From: Mytilus edulis
Taxonomy: Eukaryota
Assembly: GCF_963676685.1 (NCBI RefSeq)
Contig: NC_092347.1
Coordinates: 26,288,001 to 26,352,000, forward strand
DNA: 64,000 bases
Direction: 5' to 3'
This document shows, in pieces, positions 63,601 to 64,000 of this stretch. The translations under genes were made by a program, and so were the position numbers. Position 1 is the first letter of the stretch; each line of letters opens with the position of its first letter. Below the pieces are notes generated by a model. It was not told where the DNA came from. It saw nothing but the letters and a program-made list of their open reading frames with translations, and searched no databases.

Positions 63601-64000
63601 GTAAACATTATGAATATTTTAGGTTTTAAGTTCAATATAAAATATAAGTGATATGTGTTACTTTTAAAAGAACTAGAGTCGTAAAGAGGACAGTAATCTT
63701 CACCGTTTTTAATTTGTGACCATGTTTACATACCCGTCAAGGCTGAATTTAAACAAATAAAATTTCAATATATTTATGTCTGTATTTCACGTAAACTTTG
63801 TGGTGAAACATAAACATACAGAATGTATTTGCTAAAAATAAATATGAACATTTATTTTAATATGAGGCAGGCATTAGCTGTGAATGGGGACGAAGTTTGT
63901 TTAAATTATTTTTTTTTGTATTTCAAAAATATTTGTTAAAAAAAAGATACCGAAATACCGTAAGGTTTCCGATTTTGGTTCTGTTGTTAGGGATTTTACT

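Overview
AT-rich, intron-containing animal genomic DNA. The repeat families and genes suggest a bivalve mollusc, probably Mytilus-like (inference). Host genes: an unidentified minus-strand gene running off the left edge and head-to-head with an intronless PNRC gene across a CRE/ETS promoter; UBOX5/RNF37; AP5S1 (2 coding exons); a divergent AHR-like bHLH-PAS gene (10 coding exons, 715 aa as I splice it); and exon 1 of WDR75 at the right edge. Mobile DNA: an 8.4-kb Ty3/Gypsy element inserted in a 27-bp minisatellite, a decayed CR1/L2-group LINE, an internally deleted Mutator-like element, MITEs, nested Helentron/DINE-like elements and a hammerhead-ribozyme retrozyme. The most striking item is the Gypsy element. 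It has a clean 4-bp TSD, PBS, near-intact gag-pol, PPT and a 1.48-kb 3' LTR, but no 5' LTR. Its left end is a 14-bp stub whose first 12 bp are a perfect inverted copy of the right terminus, giving a DNA-transposon-like (Ginger-like) TIR structure. Also notable: four 22-36 bp palindromes with 7-bp TSDs that resemble P-element excision footprints, and three tandem SUMO-interacting motifs in UBOX5. All calls are by eye; no searches were run.
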